IMG/VR virus record: IMGVR_UViG_3300038701_003025
Location: 1 to 37,676 of that record
DNA from: a virus
DNA: 37,676 nucleotides
Reading direction: 5' to 3' (one strand)
Part shown: piece by piece, positions 16,168-25,772 of the stretch
How positions within the stretch are numbered: position 1 is the first letter of the stretch
Layout of the letters: each line of letters begins with the position of its first letter
Translations under genes and position numbers: made by a program
The notes under the pieces: model-generated
What the model saw: only the letters and a program-made list of their open reading frames with translations
What the model was told of the DNA's origin: nothing
Database searches by the model: none

Positions 16168-17087
16168 TGAAATTAATCGATAAGCTAATTTCCCAAATCC
16201 GTAAACAAACGGAAAATGAGAATGAAGCGGCTATAGATAATTCAGAAATACTACAATATTTAAATGACGGTCAAGAGCGTCTTCATGCCGTAGTAAGTGC
16301 TAAGCACCCGAAGGCGTTTATAGAAACTAAAGAGTACGATATTGTTCCTGGACAAGCGGATTACGAATTACCCGTTAACGTATTCCTGGACAATAAAGTT
16401 CTAAACGTAGAATATAGTTATAGTGGGCAAACGGATGACTATTATCCCCTGGACCCCATTACGCTTAAAGAACGTACTAACTATAGCGGCTACCCTACAA
16501 ATTATATTAGGCGCTCTGGAAAAGTAACCTTAGACCCGATACCAGATACGACCTCGGGTAAAATTCGGGTTGAATATGTAAAGCGCATTAACCATTTAGA
16601 TTTAAGACGCGGCGTAGTTGATGTTATTACCACAGATAGTAGCACTATCACTTCCCTGGTTTTAGATACCAGTAACTTAATTGCTATTGATGGCGACGCT
16701 TTTAACGATGTGGAATACGTTTGCCTAGTGGATAAGTATGGAAATATTGGATATGCAAATATTCCCGTAGATTCTGTAGACACTAGTACGGGCGTTGTTA
16801 CCATAACAAGCGGTTACGAGTTTAGTGCAGGCGAGTCTGCCAGCGCTGGAGATTATATCGTAGTAGGGGAAAACACTAGTACCCATTCAGAATTCCCTAG
16901 AAATTGCGAGCGGTACTTAATTGCTTATGCCTCATGGAAACTTTTAAAGCGTGATTCTAGTGTAGATTTTGCCGAGCAACAGCAAGAACTACTAGCCATG
17001 GAAGATGATATCGTAGCCTCTTATGCCGATGTTGATGACGATTACCAGCGGATTCCCGTTTATTCTAGCTTTGATTACTGGGAGTAA
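16167..17087 (+). CDS. head-tail adaptor or tail tubular A-like protein (putative, 306 aa)
   Basis: Lies immediately before the largest structural ORF. The call is based on order and size only. Confidence 0.35.
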   Translation: MKLIDKLISQIRKQTENENEAAIDNSEILQYLNDGQERLHAVVSAKHPKAFIETKEYDIVPGQADYELPVNVFLDNKVLNVEYSYSGQTDDYYPLDPITLKERTNYSGYPTNYIRRSGKVTLDPIPDTTSGKIRVEYVKRINHLDLRRGVVDVITTDSSTITSLVLDTSNLIAIDGDAFNDVEYVCLVDKYGNIGYANIPVDSVDTSTGVVTITSGYEFSAGESASAGDYIVVGENTSTHSEFPRNCERYLIAYASWKLLKRDSSVDFAEQQQELLAMEDDIVASYADVDDDYQRIPVYSSFDYWE

Positions 17088-17089
17088 GA

Positions 17090-19570
17090 ATGGCAGCTAA
17101 TTATACCTTAGTAAAATCTTTTGCAGCGTTTAAAGGACTTGATTTAAGATCGGGCGATTTATTGCGTTTAAAAGAATTTAGCTCAGGCACTTCAAATTGC
17201 GACTTCCGATCGACCTCGGCGCTTTCAAAACGTAAGGGCGTTCAAACAAAAGCTTCGGGAATAGGTCAAGGTGGAATCTCTACATGGAGCGATTTAAATA
17301 CTTCTACTGGAGAAATAACCAATAAAATAGTAGCAGTAGATTCTACATTACACGTTTTAGAATCGGGTACGATGTCAATTTCTTATGCCGGCTCTGGAAT
17401 TGCCTACTATACTATGGAATCGGATGGTACTGAATTTATTTTTACCTTAATTGAAGACGATACCATTATTACTCAGCAACAATTAGGGACGGGTTTAGAA
17501 TCTTCACCCACAACTATTGCCGATTTATCCAGTGCAATCGATTCCCAAACCGACTTTACCTCCTCTGTTACTGGTACGGATACGGTCCCAGCCGCTTTTT
17601 TAGACGTTTCTGAAAGGGCGGACATTGGGGCGAGTATTGACGCGCCTTTTAAATATTACTCGACCGCAAATTCTCCTAGCGCTTCTGCCTTTACCACTCA
17701 CTGGGACGCTAGAAATGATGACGATTTTGAACCTGCGTCTTTTGTTAGTAATAATGGCGTTATTTATATTGCTAATGGTAAGGATGAATTACACAAATAT
17801 GATGGGCAAAATTTATATCGCGCCGGTATGCCTGAAGGAGCAAAACCTTCTGCGGTTACAAATGGCGCTGGCTCAGTAACGAACGCAAGCCTAGATTACT
17901 GGACGGTCTATTACCAGGTAGATAATAAGGGCAATATTGTAGAGGGAAAGATAAGTAATGAATCTACTTCTCTATCCGCTTCTTCAAATACGGTTGATGT
18001 AACTGTTAATAACTTAGAAGCTTCTTCAGGTTTTAATACTAACTGCGCTATCGTGGCAGGTACCCAATCTAGCGTTACTACAATTACGGTAGACGACGGG
18101 AGCGCGGGAGCACATACAATGTTAGCGGGTGATACGGCGTATTTTTACGACGCGGTTAGCGCTTCATATGTTACCCGCACTGTAAATTCAGTAACCGCTA
18201 GCTCCATTACAATTTCAGGTGCGGCGGTAACTGTTAACGATAACGAAGTAATTTCTAATAATTTAAGGATAGATTTATATAGGAACCAAAGTTCGGGCAC
18301 AACTCCCTATCTGGTCGAATCTATTCCAAATAACTCTTTTGCCAGTACACAGGTATATACCGATAATAAAGCTGACGCGGCATTAGGGGAAGAATATGTA
18401 GCGCCTATAAAAGAGCGCGGCTTACCTCCAAAAGGTAGATATATTACGCTTTTTAGAAACCAGCTAATAATTGGCGGATTTGATAATGACGTAGATGCAA
18501 TCGCCTATAGTGATTCCGACTCTCCTGAATATTTCCCTAGTGGGACGAACCGCTTTAATGTTGATACTGCAGTAGGTGATAAAGTTACGGGCGTAAAAGC
18601 GCTTAACTCAGTTTTATACGTTTTTAAAGGTCAGACCATCCATACGGTTACAGGTGACTTGATAAATGATAACTTTCAGGTAGATATTTTAACCACGGGA
18701 GGAGTAGGGTGTCAAGCAAACGCTACTATTTCAGAAGTAAATGGGCAGCTTTTTTTCCTGGATAAAGAAGGCGTTTTTGCCGTGTCTCAGGGTGCGGACG
18801 GCGTTGTCGAAGTAAGTGAGCTTATTTCTCCCGAATTTGATTCCCTTAGAAATAGTTTTAATTTTAAAAGAGCTACTGCAGCCCACTGGTTATTGCGTGA
18901 GAAATACGTACTTTATATGCCAATCATGGAGACTAATGGGGGAGAAGATACGGCAGCTTCAACTTCAGTCATATTTGCTTATGACATTTTTAGAGGCGGC
19001 TGGCTAAAATGGAATTCTTTAAATGCTCTTGGCGGCATGACCATTTTGGACGAAGACCTATTTATAAGCCGGGTAAAATACGATACCTCTACTTCTGCGG
19101 TAAGCAGGACTATTGACATGTTCCTAAATACGGGTACTTCTGTAGATTATGCCGACCATGAACAGCCCATTTCTGCAGAATATAAGACGCATTGGGAAAG
19201 TTTAGGTGAGCCTTCCGTATTTAAGAAGTTTAACCGCTTAAAATTACATAGTCTGGATGCCAGTGTTAACGACTTTGAAACCCAATTATTTAAAGTTACC
19301 GTGGTTACTGAGCACGATTTTAACGACGTCCCCGTTTATACGCACGTTTTTGATTTTGGTAACGGCTCTACAGCAGGCTGGGGCGAAAACCCATGGGGAG
19401 AATTTCCCTGGGGAGATGCTCGCCTGCCGTCTATAAAAACCAAGTTAAAATCAACAAAAGCGCGGACAATCCGCCTTACTTTTAGTAATGATACGCTAAA
19501 CCAAAACTTTTTGCTAAGTGGTTATGAGTTCGAGGTAGCGGCTCCTTACAGGATGGCTATTAAAGAATGA
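17090..19570 (+). CDS. tail tubular B / nozzle-like protein (putative, 826 aa)
   Basis: The largest structural ORF. No tape measure or sheath gene is present, which fits a podovirus tail. The call is based on order and size. Confidence 0.4.
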   Translation: MAANYTLVKSFAAFKGLDLRSGDLLRLKEFSSGTSNCDFRSTSALSKRKGVQTKASGIGQGGISTWSDLNTSTGEITNKIVAVDSTLHVLESGTMSISYAGSGIAYYTMESDGTEFIFTLIEDDTIITQQQLGTGLESSPTTIADLSSAIDSQTDFTSSVTGTDTVPAAFLDVSERADIGASIDAPFKYYSTANSPSASAFTTHWDARNDDDFEPASFVSNNGVIYIANGKDELHKYDGQNLYRAGMPEGAKPSAVTNGAGSVTNASLDYWTVYYQVDNKGNIVEGKISNESTSLSASSNTVDVTVNNLEASSGFNTNCAIVAGTQSSVTTITVDDGSAGAHTMLAGDTAYFYDAVSASYVTRTVNSVTASSITISGAAVTVNDNEVISNNLRIDLYRNQSSGTTPYLVESIPNNSFASTQVYTDNKADAALGEEYVAPIKERGLPPKGRYITLFRNQLIIGGFDNDVDAIAYSDSDSPEYFPSGTNRFNVDTAVGDKVTGVKALNSVLYVFKGQTIHTVTGDLINDNFQVDILTTGGVGCQANATISEVNGQLFFLDKEGVFAVSQGADGVVEVSELISPEFDSLRNSFNFKRATAAHWLLREKYVLYMPIMETNGGEDTAASTSVIFAYDIFRGGWLKWNSLNALGGMTILDEDLFISRVKYDTSTSAVSRTIDMFLNTGTSVDYADHEQPISAEYKTHWESLGEPSVFKKFNRLKLHSLDASVNDFETQLFKVTVVTEHDFNDVPVYTHVFDFGNGSTAGWGENPWGEFPWGDARLPSIKTKLKSTKARTIRLTFSNDTLNQNFLLSGYEFEVAAPYRMAIKE

Positions 19571-19869
19571 GATTTAACATTGAGAATCTTAAAGAAATTC
19601 GTAAATTAGTCAAAGAATTGGCGGTTGGACTTAGGCGCTTGGCATTTAAGGACAATTTTGAAGGCTTTGAAGTAGATATAACTATTCCAGCATCTAGTAC
19701 GATTTCCGTACGAAATCAATTGCCCTTTATTCCAAGCCGCTATATAATTTTAAGTCAAATGGGTAACGGTCTAGTTACTAAATCAACGATCGCCTGGACA
19801 TTAGATTTCTTATATTTTCATAATAACGGGGCAGCTGAAGTTACCGTTAAAATATTTGTAATGAGGTAA
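19567..19869 (+). CDS. hypothetical virion protein (100 aa)
   Basis: ATGA coupling to the upstream gene. Confidence 0.5.
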   Translation: MRFNIENLKEIRKLVKELAVGLRRLAFKDNFEGFEVDITIPASSTISVRNQLPFIPSRYIILSQMGNGLVTKSTIAWTLDFLYFHNNGAAEVTVKIFVMR

Positions 19870-19871
19870 AA

Positions 19872-20978
19872 ATGGCAAATAAACAACACTGGGGAAAAAA
19901 TTCTTTTGAATTACCTCCAAAAACCCATGAGCAGATACTCTTAGAGAGAGAACGAATTAACCGCATGCGTGAAATGGAGCGTATACAAGGGCAAAAAGAT
20001 GCTGACGCAGCTAAAGCCCAGGCTACTAGAGACCTTATTTCAGGTGACGCTACCGCAGGTATAGATTTCGCTAAATCTAAACTAGGTCTAGGCGAAGGCT
20101 CGCTAGGACGCGCTAGCACTGTTAGTCAAATTGACGAAACCAAGTTTAGGGAAATGGCGGACGGGATGGATGCTGGCTTTCTTCAGGCTAGTAGGGATAA
20201 GGCAAAAGAAGAGATTAACCGATCAACTCAACTTCAAAACCGCAGGCTTCAGGCGCTTCAATCCCAGCAAGGGATAAGGGGAGCTACGGCAGGTTCTCAG
20301 CAAATGTCAATTTTACAAGCAGGTGAAAAGCAAAAGGCAGACTTTGAGCGCGACCTGTTTTTAAAAGATAGAGAAGCCAGGATAGAGGGACTTCAAAACT
20401 TAGCCGAAGTACAAAAATATAACCAGCAACAAATGGTTGAACAAGAGCGTTTTAATTTGGCGCAAGCGGCGCAAGAAAAGTACGATCTCGCTCAATCTGG
20501 TCTAGCGTTTTCTCAATTAGGGCTGCAAGAGCGAGGGAGTGAGCGAGCTAAAGAAGCTCAACAGGCAGCCGCAGCCGCTTCTTCTGGGTGTTTTGCTGAA
20601 GATACTGAAGTGTATATGGCAGACGGTACTACCAAGCCGATCGCCGAATTAAAATTGGGTGACCGCGTTATGGGAGGGGATGTAGTATATAACTACTTTG
20701 TTGGTGTAAATAGTGGAGAAGCCTACCTTTATGATGGTATTTGCGTTACCGGAACCCACGCTGTAAATCATGAAGGCGAATTTAAGCGCATAGAAGATAT
20801 TGATGAGCTAGATACAACTACTAAGGTAGACGTGGTTTTTAGCGTATCTACTAAAAATCATAAACTTATTATAAAAGGCGATTCTGGAAATCGGGTTGAA
20901 TTTGCTGACTATGACGAATGTTACGATGTAGACCTATCTGGGGAAGACCGCCTTAAAATTTTAAATAAGGGCATTTAG
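19872..20978 (+). CDS. internal virion protein candidate with C-terminal Hint (Hedgehog/intein-like) domain
   Basis: The N-terminal ~235 aa are Q/E/A-rich and coiled-coil-like. This is followed by CFAEDTEVYMADGTTKPIAELKLGDRVMGG and VTGTHAV (a TxxH block). Confidence 0.6.
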   Translation: MANKQHWGKNSFELPPKTHEQILLERERINRMREMERIQGQKDADAAKAQATRDLISGDATAGIDFAKSKLGLGEGSLGRASTVSQIDETKFREMADGMDAGFLQASRDKAKEEINRSTQLQNRRLQALQSQQGIRGATAGSQQMSILQAGEKQKADFERDLFLKDREARIEGLQNLAEVQKYNQQQMVEQERFNLAQAAQEKYDLAQSGLAFSQLGLQERGSERAKEAQQAAAAASSGCFAEDTEVYMADGTTKPIAELKLGDRVMGGDVVYNYFVGVNSGEAYLYDGICVTGTHAVNHEGEFKRIEDIDELDTTTKVDVVFSVSTKNHKLIIKGDSGNRVEFADYDECYDVDLSGEDRLKILNKGI

Positions 20979-21310
20979 TGTTAGATTCTTTATTTAAAGA
21001 CTATTTCCTGGAATTAGAAGGCGCTTTAACTTTTAGCAATAAAAACGCCTTTATAGTTTATAAGGTAGTGGATAAAGAATGTTATATTAGCCATATGTAC
21101 GTAGAGCCAACACATAGAAACGCCGGCTTTGGTAAGAAACTATTTTCCCATTTGGTAAATACGTTAAAAAAGCAGGATGTAGAAGAAGTTAGCTGTAATA
21201 TTTTTAAAGCGGATAAAGGCTGGCAAAAGAATAAGCAGATATATTTAAGTCAAGGATTTCAAATAGTATCAGAAAACGATAACGTAATAACAATGTCTAA
21301 AGGTTTATAA
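20978..21310 (+). CDS. GNAT-family N-acetyltransferase (110 aa)
   Basis: HRNAGFGKKLFSHL fits the acetyl-CoA motif R/QxxGxG/A. The GTG start overlaps the upstream TAG (TAGTG). Confidence 0.55.
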   Translation: MLDSLFKDYFLELEGALTFSNKNAFIVYKVVDKECYISHMYVEPTHRNAGFGKKLFSHLVNTLKKQDVEEVSCNIFKADKGWQKNKQIYLSQGFQIVSENDNVITMSKGL

Positions 21311-22318
21311 ATGGAACAAAACAAAGACAAAAACAAAGTCACTAAACGCATTATGAAAAACTTAAAGCCTCAAGACCAGGAAAAAATGGTAGCGCAGGAA
21401 AAACCTGTAGCTGAGGAAGAATCTAAGAAGGGTTTAAGCGAAACCTTTACTAGCGCCTTAACCAATTTTATTCCCCTGGCTGTAGGAGGACTATTTGAGG
21501 GCAGCGAAGGTGCGGTAGCGGCTTATAAAGGTGCCCAGGAAGGTATGAACCAATTACAAACTAGAGATATTAAAGAGCGTCAAATGAGTTTGGCGGAGAG
21601 GCAGCAAGGAATTAATAAAGGGTTAGCTACGGAAAGAATGGATTTACAAAGAGAGCAGTTAAATGACCCATTAAGATTAAGGCGAATTGAAAACGAAGAA
21701 GAGAGAATAAAAATAGCTAAAGAAGCTCAAGCGTTACGGGATAAACAATTAGGTTTAAATAAGCAAGGCGAAGAGAGGAGAGGGGAGCAGTTCGAGTTTT
21801 CTAAACAAGAAAAAGCTCAATTATCTGGTAAACAACAGGAGACAGTAGCCTCTTTAAATACGGTTATGAACCAGACTGAAAGAATAAATGATTTAGTTAA
21901 AAATGTAGACATAGGACCTTTAACAGGTAGAAAACAAAGTGTAGAGCAATATTTTGGCTCCGCTTCTCCAGAATTTACAAAGCTAAAATCTAATTTAAAA
22001 TCTCTATTGGCTAACTACACTAAAGCGCTTTCAGGTGCGCAAGTATCTGAGCAGGAAGCCCAAAGACTTATGCAAATCATACCAAGCGAAAATGACCCTA
22101 TAGAAACATTCATCCCAAAATTACAAGCTTTCCAGGAAATGATAAGTACGCAACAAACAGATTTTATGGATTCTATACGTTCTGGGCAGCCGCTTAAAAG
22201 GTCCGTTATAGATAAAATGTTAGGAAAAGCCCCTAAGCAGCCTAAAAAAGAAATTACAGAGACTCAGGCAAAATTACAAAGATTGGAAGAACTTAGAGCA
22301 AAAAAGGCGGGACGATAA
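21311..22318 (+). CDS. internal virion / ejection protein candidate (335 aa, coiled coil)
   Basis: Q/E/K-rich. Lies between the nozzle-like gene and the lysis genes. Confidence 0.4.
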   Translation: MEQNKDKNKVTKRIMKNLKPQDQEKMVAQEKPVAEEESKKGLSETFTSALTNFIPLAVGGLFEGSEGAVAAYKGAQEGMNQLQTRDIKERQMSLAERQQGINKGLATERMDLQREQLNDPLRLRRIENEEERIKIAKEAQALRDKQLGLNKQGEERRGEQFEFSKQEKAQLSGKQQETVASLNTVMNQTERINDLVKNVDIGPLTGRKQSVEQYFGSASPEFTKLKSNLKSLLANYTKALSGAQVSEQEAQRLMQIIPSENDPIETFIPKLQAFQEMISTQQTDFMDSIRSGQPLKRSVIDKMLGKAPKQPKKEITETQAKLQRLEELRAKKAGR

Positions 22319-24330
22319 TGCTTAGTCCAGAAGAACAAAAAGAATTAGAAGAATTAGAGGCTATGGAAGCCGCTGGAGCTTTTTCAGACGCTCCTTCACA
22401 GCCGGCATTAACTCCTGAAGAAGAGGCAGAATTAGCCGAGCTAGAAGCTATGGAGTTAGAACTACAGGGGCAAAACGCTGTAGAGGATTCTTACTCTAAT
22501 TTAGAATCAGGTGCTATGGGGCTAGCTCAAGGGACTTCTTTAGGGTTTGCCGACGAACTTGGCGGTGCTGCTAAAACCGCTATAGATGTAGTGGCAGGTA
22601 ACGCTTCTTTTTCTCAGATTTCGGACCAATATAAAAAAAATAGAGACCTTTTAAGAAAAGAATTTAAAGAAGCTGAAAAAGACAACCCGAAATCCTTTAT
22701 GGCAGGAGATATAACAGGCGGAGTTGCTACTACTCTTATTCCTGGTTTAAATGTTGCCAAAGGGTTAGGGGCAGCCGTAAAAGTAGGTGCTTTAGCTGGA
22801 GGGGCTTCTGCCCTAGGACGTACTGAAGAAGAAGATATCCAAGACCAATTAGTAGATACTTTAATGGGTGCTGGCTTTGGAGCCGCTGCAGGAGGGGTTG
22901 GTTATGGTATCGGAAAGGGGTTTGATAAAGCAGGTAAATTTGTAGGAGAAAAGATTAAATCGGGAGGTGAGAGCGAACTTATGCGCGCTTTAGGATTTAC
23001 TTCTATGACGGCTAAGAAAAATTTAGATCGCGTAGCCAAGTCTAAAGGGATAAGTAATATAGAAATGTTAGGAGAAGTAATAGAAGAAACCGCCCCAGAT
23101 GGCAAGGCAATCTTTTCCCCCCTTAGAGGTGAGAATGGTCAGTTTACAGCTTTAAGGGAAACTGTAGATGCCTACGGTAAAGGTATTGCAGAAATTGTGG
23201 GAAAGGTTGATGACTCTTTAGAAATTCCTCCAGTAAATCCTAAAAATTTACTAAATCGATTAAAAGGCGATTTAACCAAAGTTTTTAATATGGATTCAGG
23301 CGTAGAATCTAAAGCGGTTACTAAGTTTGTAGATGATTTAATAAACCCCGACAGTTTAACTGAGGCGTGGTCTTTAAAAAGACTATGGGGCTTTAGAAAA
23401 TCTGTAGATAGTATTACAGACTTTGGTGGAAGTGATGCCTTACAGAATAATATTAAACGTCAAGCTAGGAAATCTATAGAAAACTTACTTAGAGAAAATT
23501 TAGAATCCGCCCCCAATATGGCTGTAAACCAAGCGGATGAGTTAGGTGAAACCGTTTTACAAAAATACTTAAACGCTTCAGATAAATATGGAAAATTAAG
23601 AACCGTTCAAGACGCTTTTTATGATAATATTATTTTAAAAAAAGAAGGTGTTATAGGAGCCCTTAGGAAAAGTATTCATTTCGGCGGATTAGGTATAGGA
23701 GCCGCTGCAGGAGCTTCAGTAGGAGGAGTTCCTGGCATGATTGTAGGGGGAGTTTTAGGAAGGGCTGTCCAGCAAGGGCTTGGGGGAAAGGTTATAGGAA
23801 AAGCCTTAACGAAAGCCGGTACTGTAGCCGCCAAAAATAACCGCTATGCTGAAAGACTTATCATGGCTGCCGGGCGAAGCGGAGAAGCTTTTGAAATGGC
23901 TCTTTCTTATGGCGAGGCAATTCATGACTTTACTATAGAACCTTTACAGCGAAGCACTCAGGCAGTTATTGATAATTTTCCTAAAATCAACGCGCTTTTA
24001 AGCGAAGAAAATCCCGAATTAGCTAAAAATTTACAGGACGCGGTTGAATCTAAAGATGAAAATTTAATAGGCGGTTTAATGTCCGGCGTTTCCCTGGACG
24101 CAAAGGCTTCTAAGTATATTCAGCCCGGAATTGGCTGGGATGGTAAGGCTATTTCAGAAGGGGATATAAAAACGGTTGAAAGCCAGATAAAAGGAGCGCC
24201 TATTTCAAGTAGACAAAAAGCAATGCTTATGCAACAATTTAGCTCTGATAGAGTTATTCCTCAAATAGAGGAAGAAAAGCCTTTTTATAAGGTATATGAC
24301 CCATCCTTAAAAACGAGTGTTATGAAATAA
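22318..24330 (+). CDS. internal virion / ejection protein candidate (670 aa)
   Basis: N-terminal PEExxELxELEAME duplication and several Gly-rich hydrophobic segments. No lysozyme or SLT motif seen. Confidence 0.4.
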   Translation: MLSPEEQKELEELEAMEAAGAFSDAPSQPALTPEEEAELAELEAMELELQGQNAVEDSYSNLESGAMGLAQGTSLGFADELGGAAKTAIDVVAGNASFSQISDQYKKNRDLLRKEFKEAEKDNPKSFMAGDITGGVATTLIPGLNVAKGLGAAVKVGALAGGASALGRTEEEDIQDQLVDTLMGAGFGAAAGGVGYGIGKGFDKAGKFVGEKIKSGGESELMRALGFTSMTAKKNLDRVAKSKGISNIEMLGEVIEETAPDGKAIFSPLRGENGQFTALRETVDAYGKGIAEIVGKVDDSLEIPPVNPKNLLNRLKGDLTKVFNMDSGVESKAVTKFVDDLINPDSLTEAWSLKRLWGFRKSVDSITDFGGSDALQNNIKRQARKSIENLLRENLESAPNMAVNQADELGETVLQKYLNASDKYGKLRTVQDAFYDNIILKKEGVIGALRKSIHFGGLGIGAAAGASVGGVPGMIVGGVLGRAVQQGLGGKVIGKALTKAGTVAAKNNRYAERLIMAAGRSGEAFEMALSYGEAIHDFTIEPLQRSTQAVIDNFPKINALLSEENPELAKNLQDAVESKDENLIGGLMSGVSLDAKASKYIQPGIGWDGKAISEGDIKTVESQIKGAPISSRQKAMLMQQFSSDRVIPQIEEEKPFYKVYDPSLKTSVMK

Positions 24331-24339
24331 AGGTTAACC

Positions 24340-24558
24340 ATGGAAAACGAGTTGAAAGAGATTAAAAACGATTTAAAAGAGATTAGAAAGGATTTAAACA
24401 GTATTAATGTGGTTCTAGGAAAACAGTCTGTAGACCTAAACCACCACATAAAAAGGACTGACCTAGCCGAGCGTCGGATAGAATTGCTCCAAAAGGCTAT
24501 GTGGATTTCCATTGGTGCTTTAATTGTAATTGAGGTATTATTAAAATATGGAAAATAA
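24340..24558 (+). CDS. XhlA-like lysis-associated membrane protein (72 aa)
   Basis: N-terminal coiled coil plus a C-terminal TM helix (WISIGALIVIEVLL), first gene of the lysis cassette. It resembles the haemolysin XhlA family layout. Confidence 0.4.
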   Translation: MENELKEIKNDLKEIRKDLNSINVVLGKQSVDLNHHIKRTDLAERRIELLQKAMWISIGALIVIEVLLKYGK

Positions 24559-24739
24559 ATTAGAATGTCCCTTTTGTGAAGATAAGCCCTGTAATCAACC
24601 ACATTGCCCCTATACCCGCGCTAAAAATTTAGTTCGGTCACATATCTGGAGCGAAAACCACGCCTTTTATTCAGACCGTATAAGGATTATAGATCATATA
24701 CAGGAGATGCAAGATGCATATATTAATTCAAAACAATAA
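24548..24739 (+). CDS. Cys-rich small protein (63 aa)
   Basis: Motif CPFCEDKPCNQPHC. Overlaps both neighbouring genes. Confidence 0.45.
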   Translation: MENKLECPFCEDKPCNQPHCPYTRAKNLVRSHIWSENHAFYSDRIRIIDHIQEMQDAYINSKQ

Positions 24740-25100
24740 AAATGAGCGCCTATCACCTAATTTTGTAAGCGACGAGTTTAAATGTAAGTGCGGTAAGTGC
24801 CCTTCCTCATTTATCTCCGAAGAGCTTATAGAAGAATTAGAATATATTAGGACTTACTTTAATGCGCCGGTTAAAATTAATTCCGGCTATCGCTGCCCAC
24901 AACATAATAGCGCTATAGGAGGAGCTAGCAAATCTCAGCACATGTTTGGCAGGGCGGCTGACATAGACATCTTAGGCGTCTCTCCTGATAAGGTGCAGGA
25001 ATATTTATTAAACCGCCACCCAGATAAATTTGGAATCGGCTCATACAAAACCTTTACCCATATTGACGTAAGGGATAATAAAGCAAGGTGGAGAGGATAA
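24714..25100 (+). CDS. peptidase M15 family endolysin (D-Ala-D-Ala carboxypeptidase-like)
   Basis: Motifs SGYRCPQHNSAIGGASKSQHMFGRAADI and FTHIDVR, with GGAG upstream. Confidence 0.85.
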   Translation: MHILIQNNKNERLSPNFVSDEFKCKCGKCPSSFISEELIEELEYIRTYFNAPVKINSGYRCPQHNSAIGGASKSQHMFGRAADIDILGVSPDKVQEYLLNRHPDKFGIGSYKTFTHIDVRDNKARWRG

Positions 25101-25510
25101 TGGGAATATTTAGTTTTATATCATCGATTTTTGTCCCAGCTACTAAACTCATTGACGACCTGGTTACTACTGACGAGGAGCGTCTTAAGATTAAGAATGA
25201 GTTAGCCAAGCTCCAGTTCGAGTTTCAAACAAAAGCGCTGGATTACGAAACTAAGCTAATGGAGTCTAAAGCCAGCGTAATTGAGGCAGAGGCTAAGAGT
25301 GGGCATGCAATTACTTCTATGTGGCGACCCTTAGTAAACTTAACTTTTGCAGGACTTATAGTAGCTCGTTGGTTAGGCTGGACTGCCCCAGGAATAAGTC
25401 CTGAGTTAGAATTAGAATTGTTTTCTATTTTAAAAATAAGCTTAGGAGGATATATTATTGGGCGTAGTGGAGAAAAAATTGTAAAAGAATATAAAAATAA
25501 CGTCAAATAA
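25100..25510 (+). CDS. holin, GTA-type 3-TM family (putative, 136 aa)
   Basis: Track ORF (GTG at 25088) trimmed to the ATG at 25100 (TAATG coupling). Layout: LIDDLVTTDEER, then a coiled coil, EAEAKSGH, SMWRP and TM segments. Confidence 0.5.
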   Translation: MGIFSFISSIFVPATKLIDDLVTTDEERLKIKNELAKLQFEFQTKALDYETKLMESKASVIEAEAKSGHAITSMWRPLVNLTFAGLIVARWLGWTAPGISPELELELFSILKISLGGYIIGRSGEKIVKEYKNNVK

Positions 25511-25514
25511 AAAA

Positions 25515-25532
25515 GCCGGGAATTAACCCGGC
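25515..25532. terminator. terminator hairpin between the convergent arms (U-tract only in the leftward direction)
   Basis: GCCGGG, loop aattaa, CCCGGC. An A-run lies on the + strand 5' side, which reads as TTTTTATTT after the hairpin on the - strand. Confidence 0.7.
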
Positions 25533-25565
25533 AAATAACTAAGGAGAATAAGCTTTCACTTATCC

Positions 25566-25772
25566 TTATTCTACAGAAAATCCCAAAAGTTTGCAAGCAT
25601 TTTCATAAGTTTCTGATACCGGGATAGATAATCCGCTAATATAGACTAAAGTAGTATATTCAACCGTACCCTGCTCATCAATAATGTGAGTACGATTCCT
25701 AACTACTTCTACTTTGTCTGGATTTACTACCAAATCATTCCCCTCAATGTCTTTAAATTTTACAGTGTTCAT
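25566..25772 (-). CDS. hypothetical protein (68 aa)
   Basis: GAGGAGG RBS and ATGA coupling to the GT9 stop. Last gene of the leftward arm. Confidence 0.55.
   Translation of the reverse strand: MNTVKFKDIEGNDLVVNPDKVEVVRNRTHIIDEQGTVEYTTLVYISGLSIPVSETYENACKLLGFSVE

Noticed and set aside
19872-20978. A true intein interrupting a host protein.
   Set aside because: The Hint domain is C-terminal with no C-extein and no terminal His-Asn plus nucleophile. It is therefore treated as a Hedgehog/BIL-type autoprocessing domain instead.
24285-24602. 105-aa minus-strand ORF across the start of the lysis cassette.
   Set aside because: It is antisense to two coupled + strand genes that have RBSs, and it has no RBS of its own.
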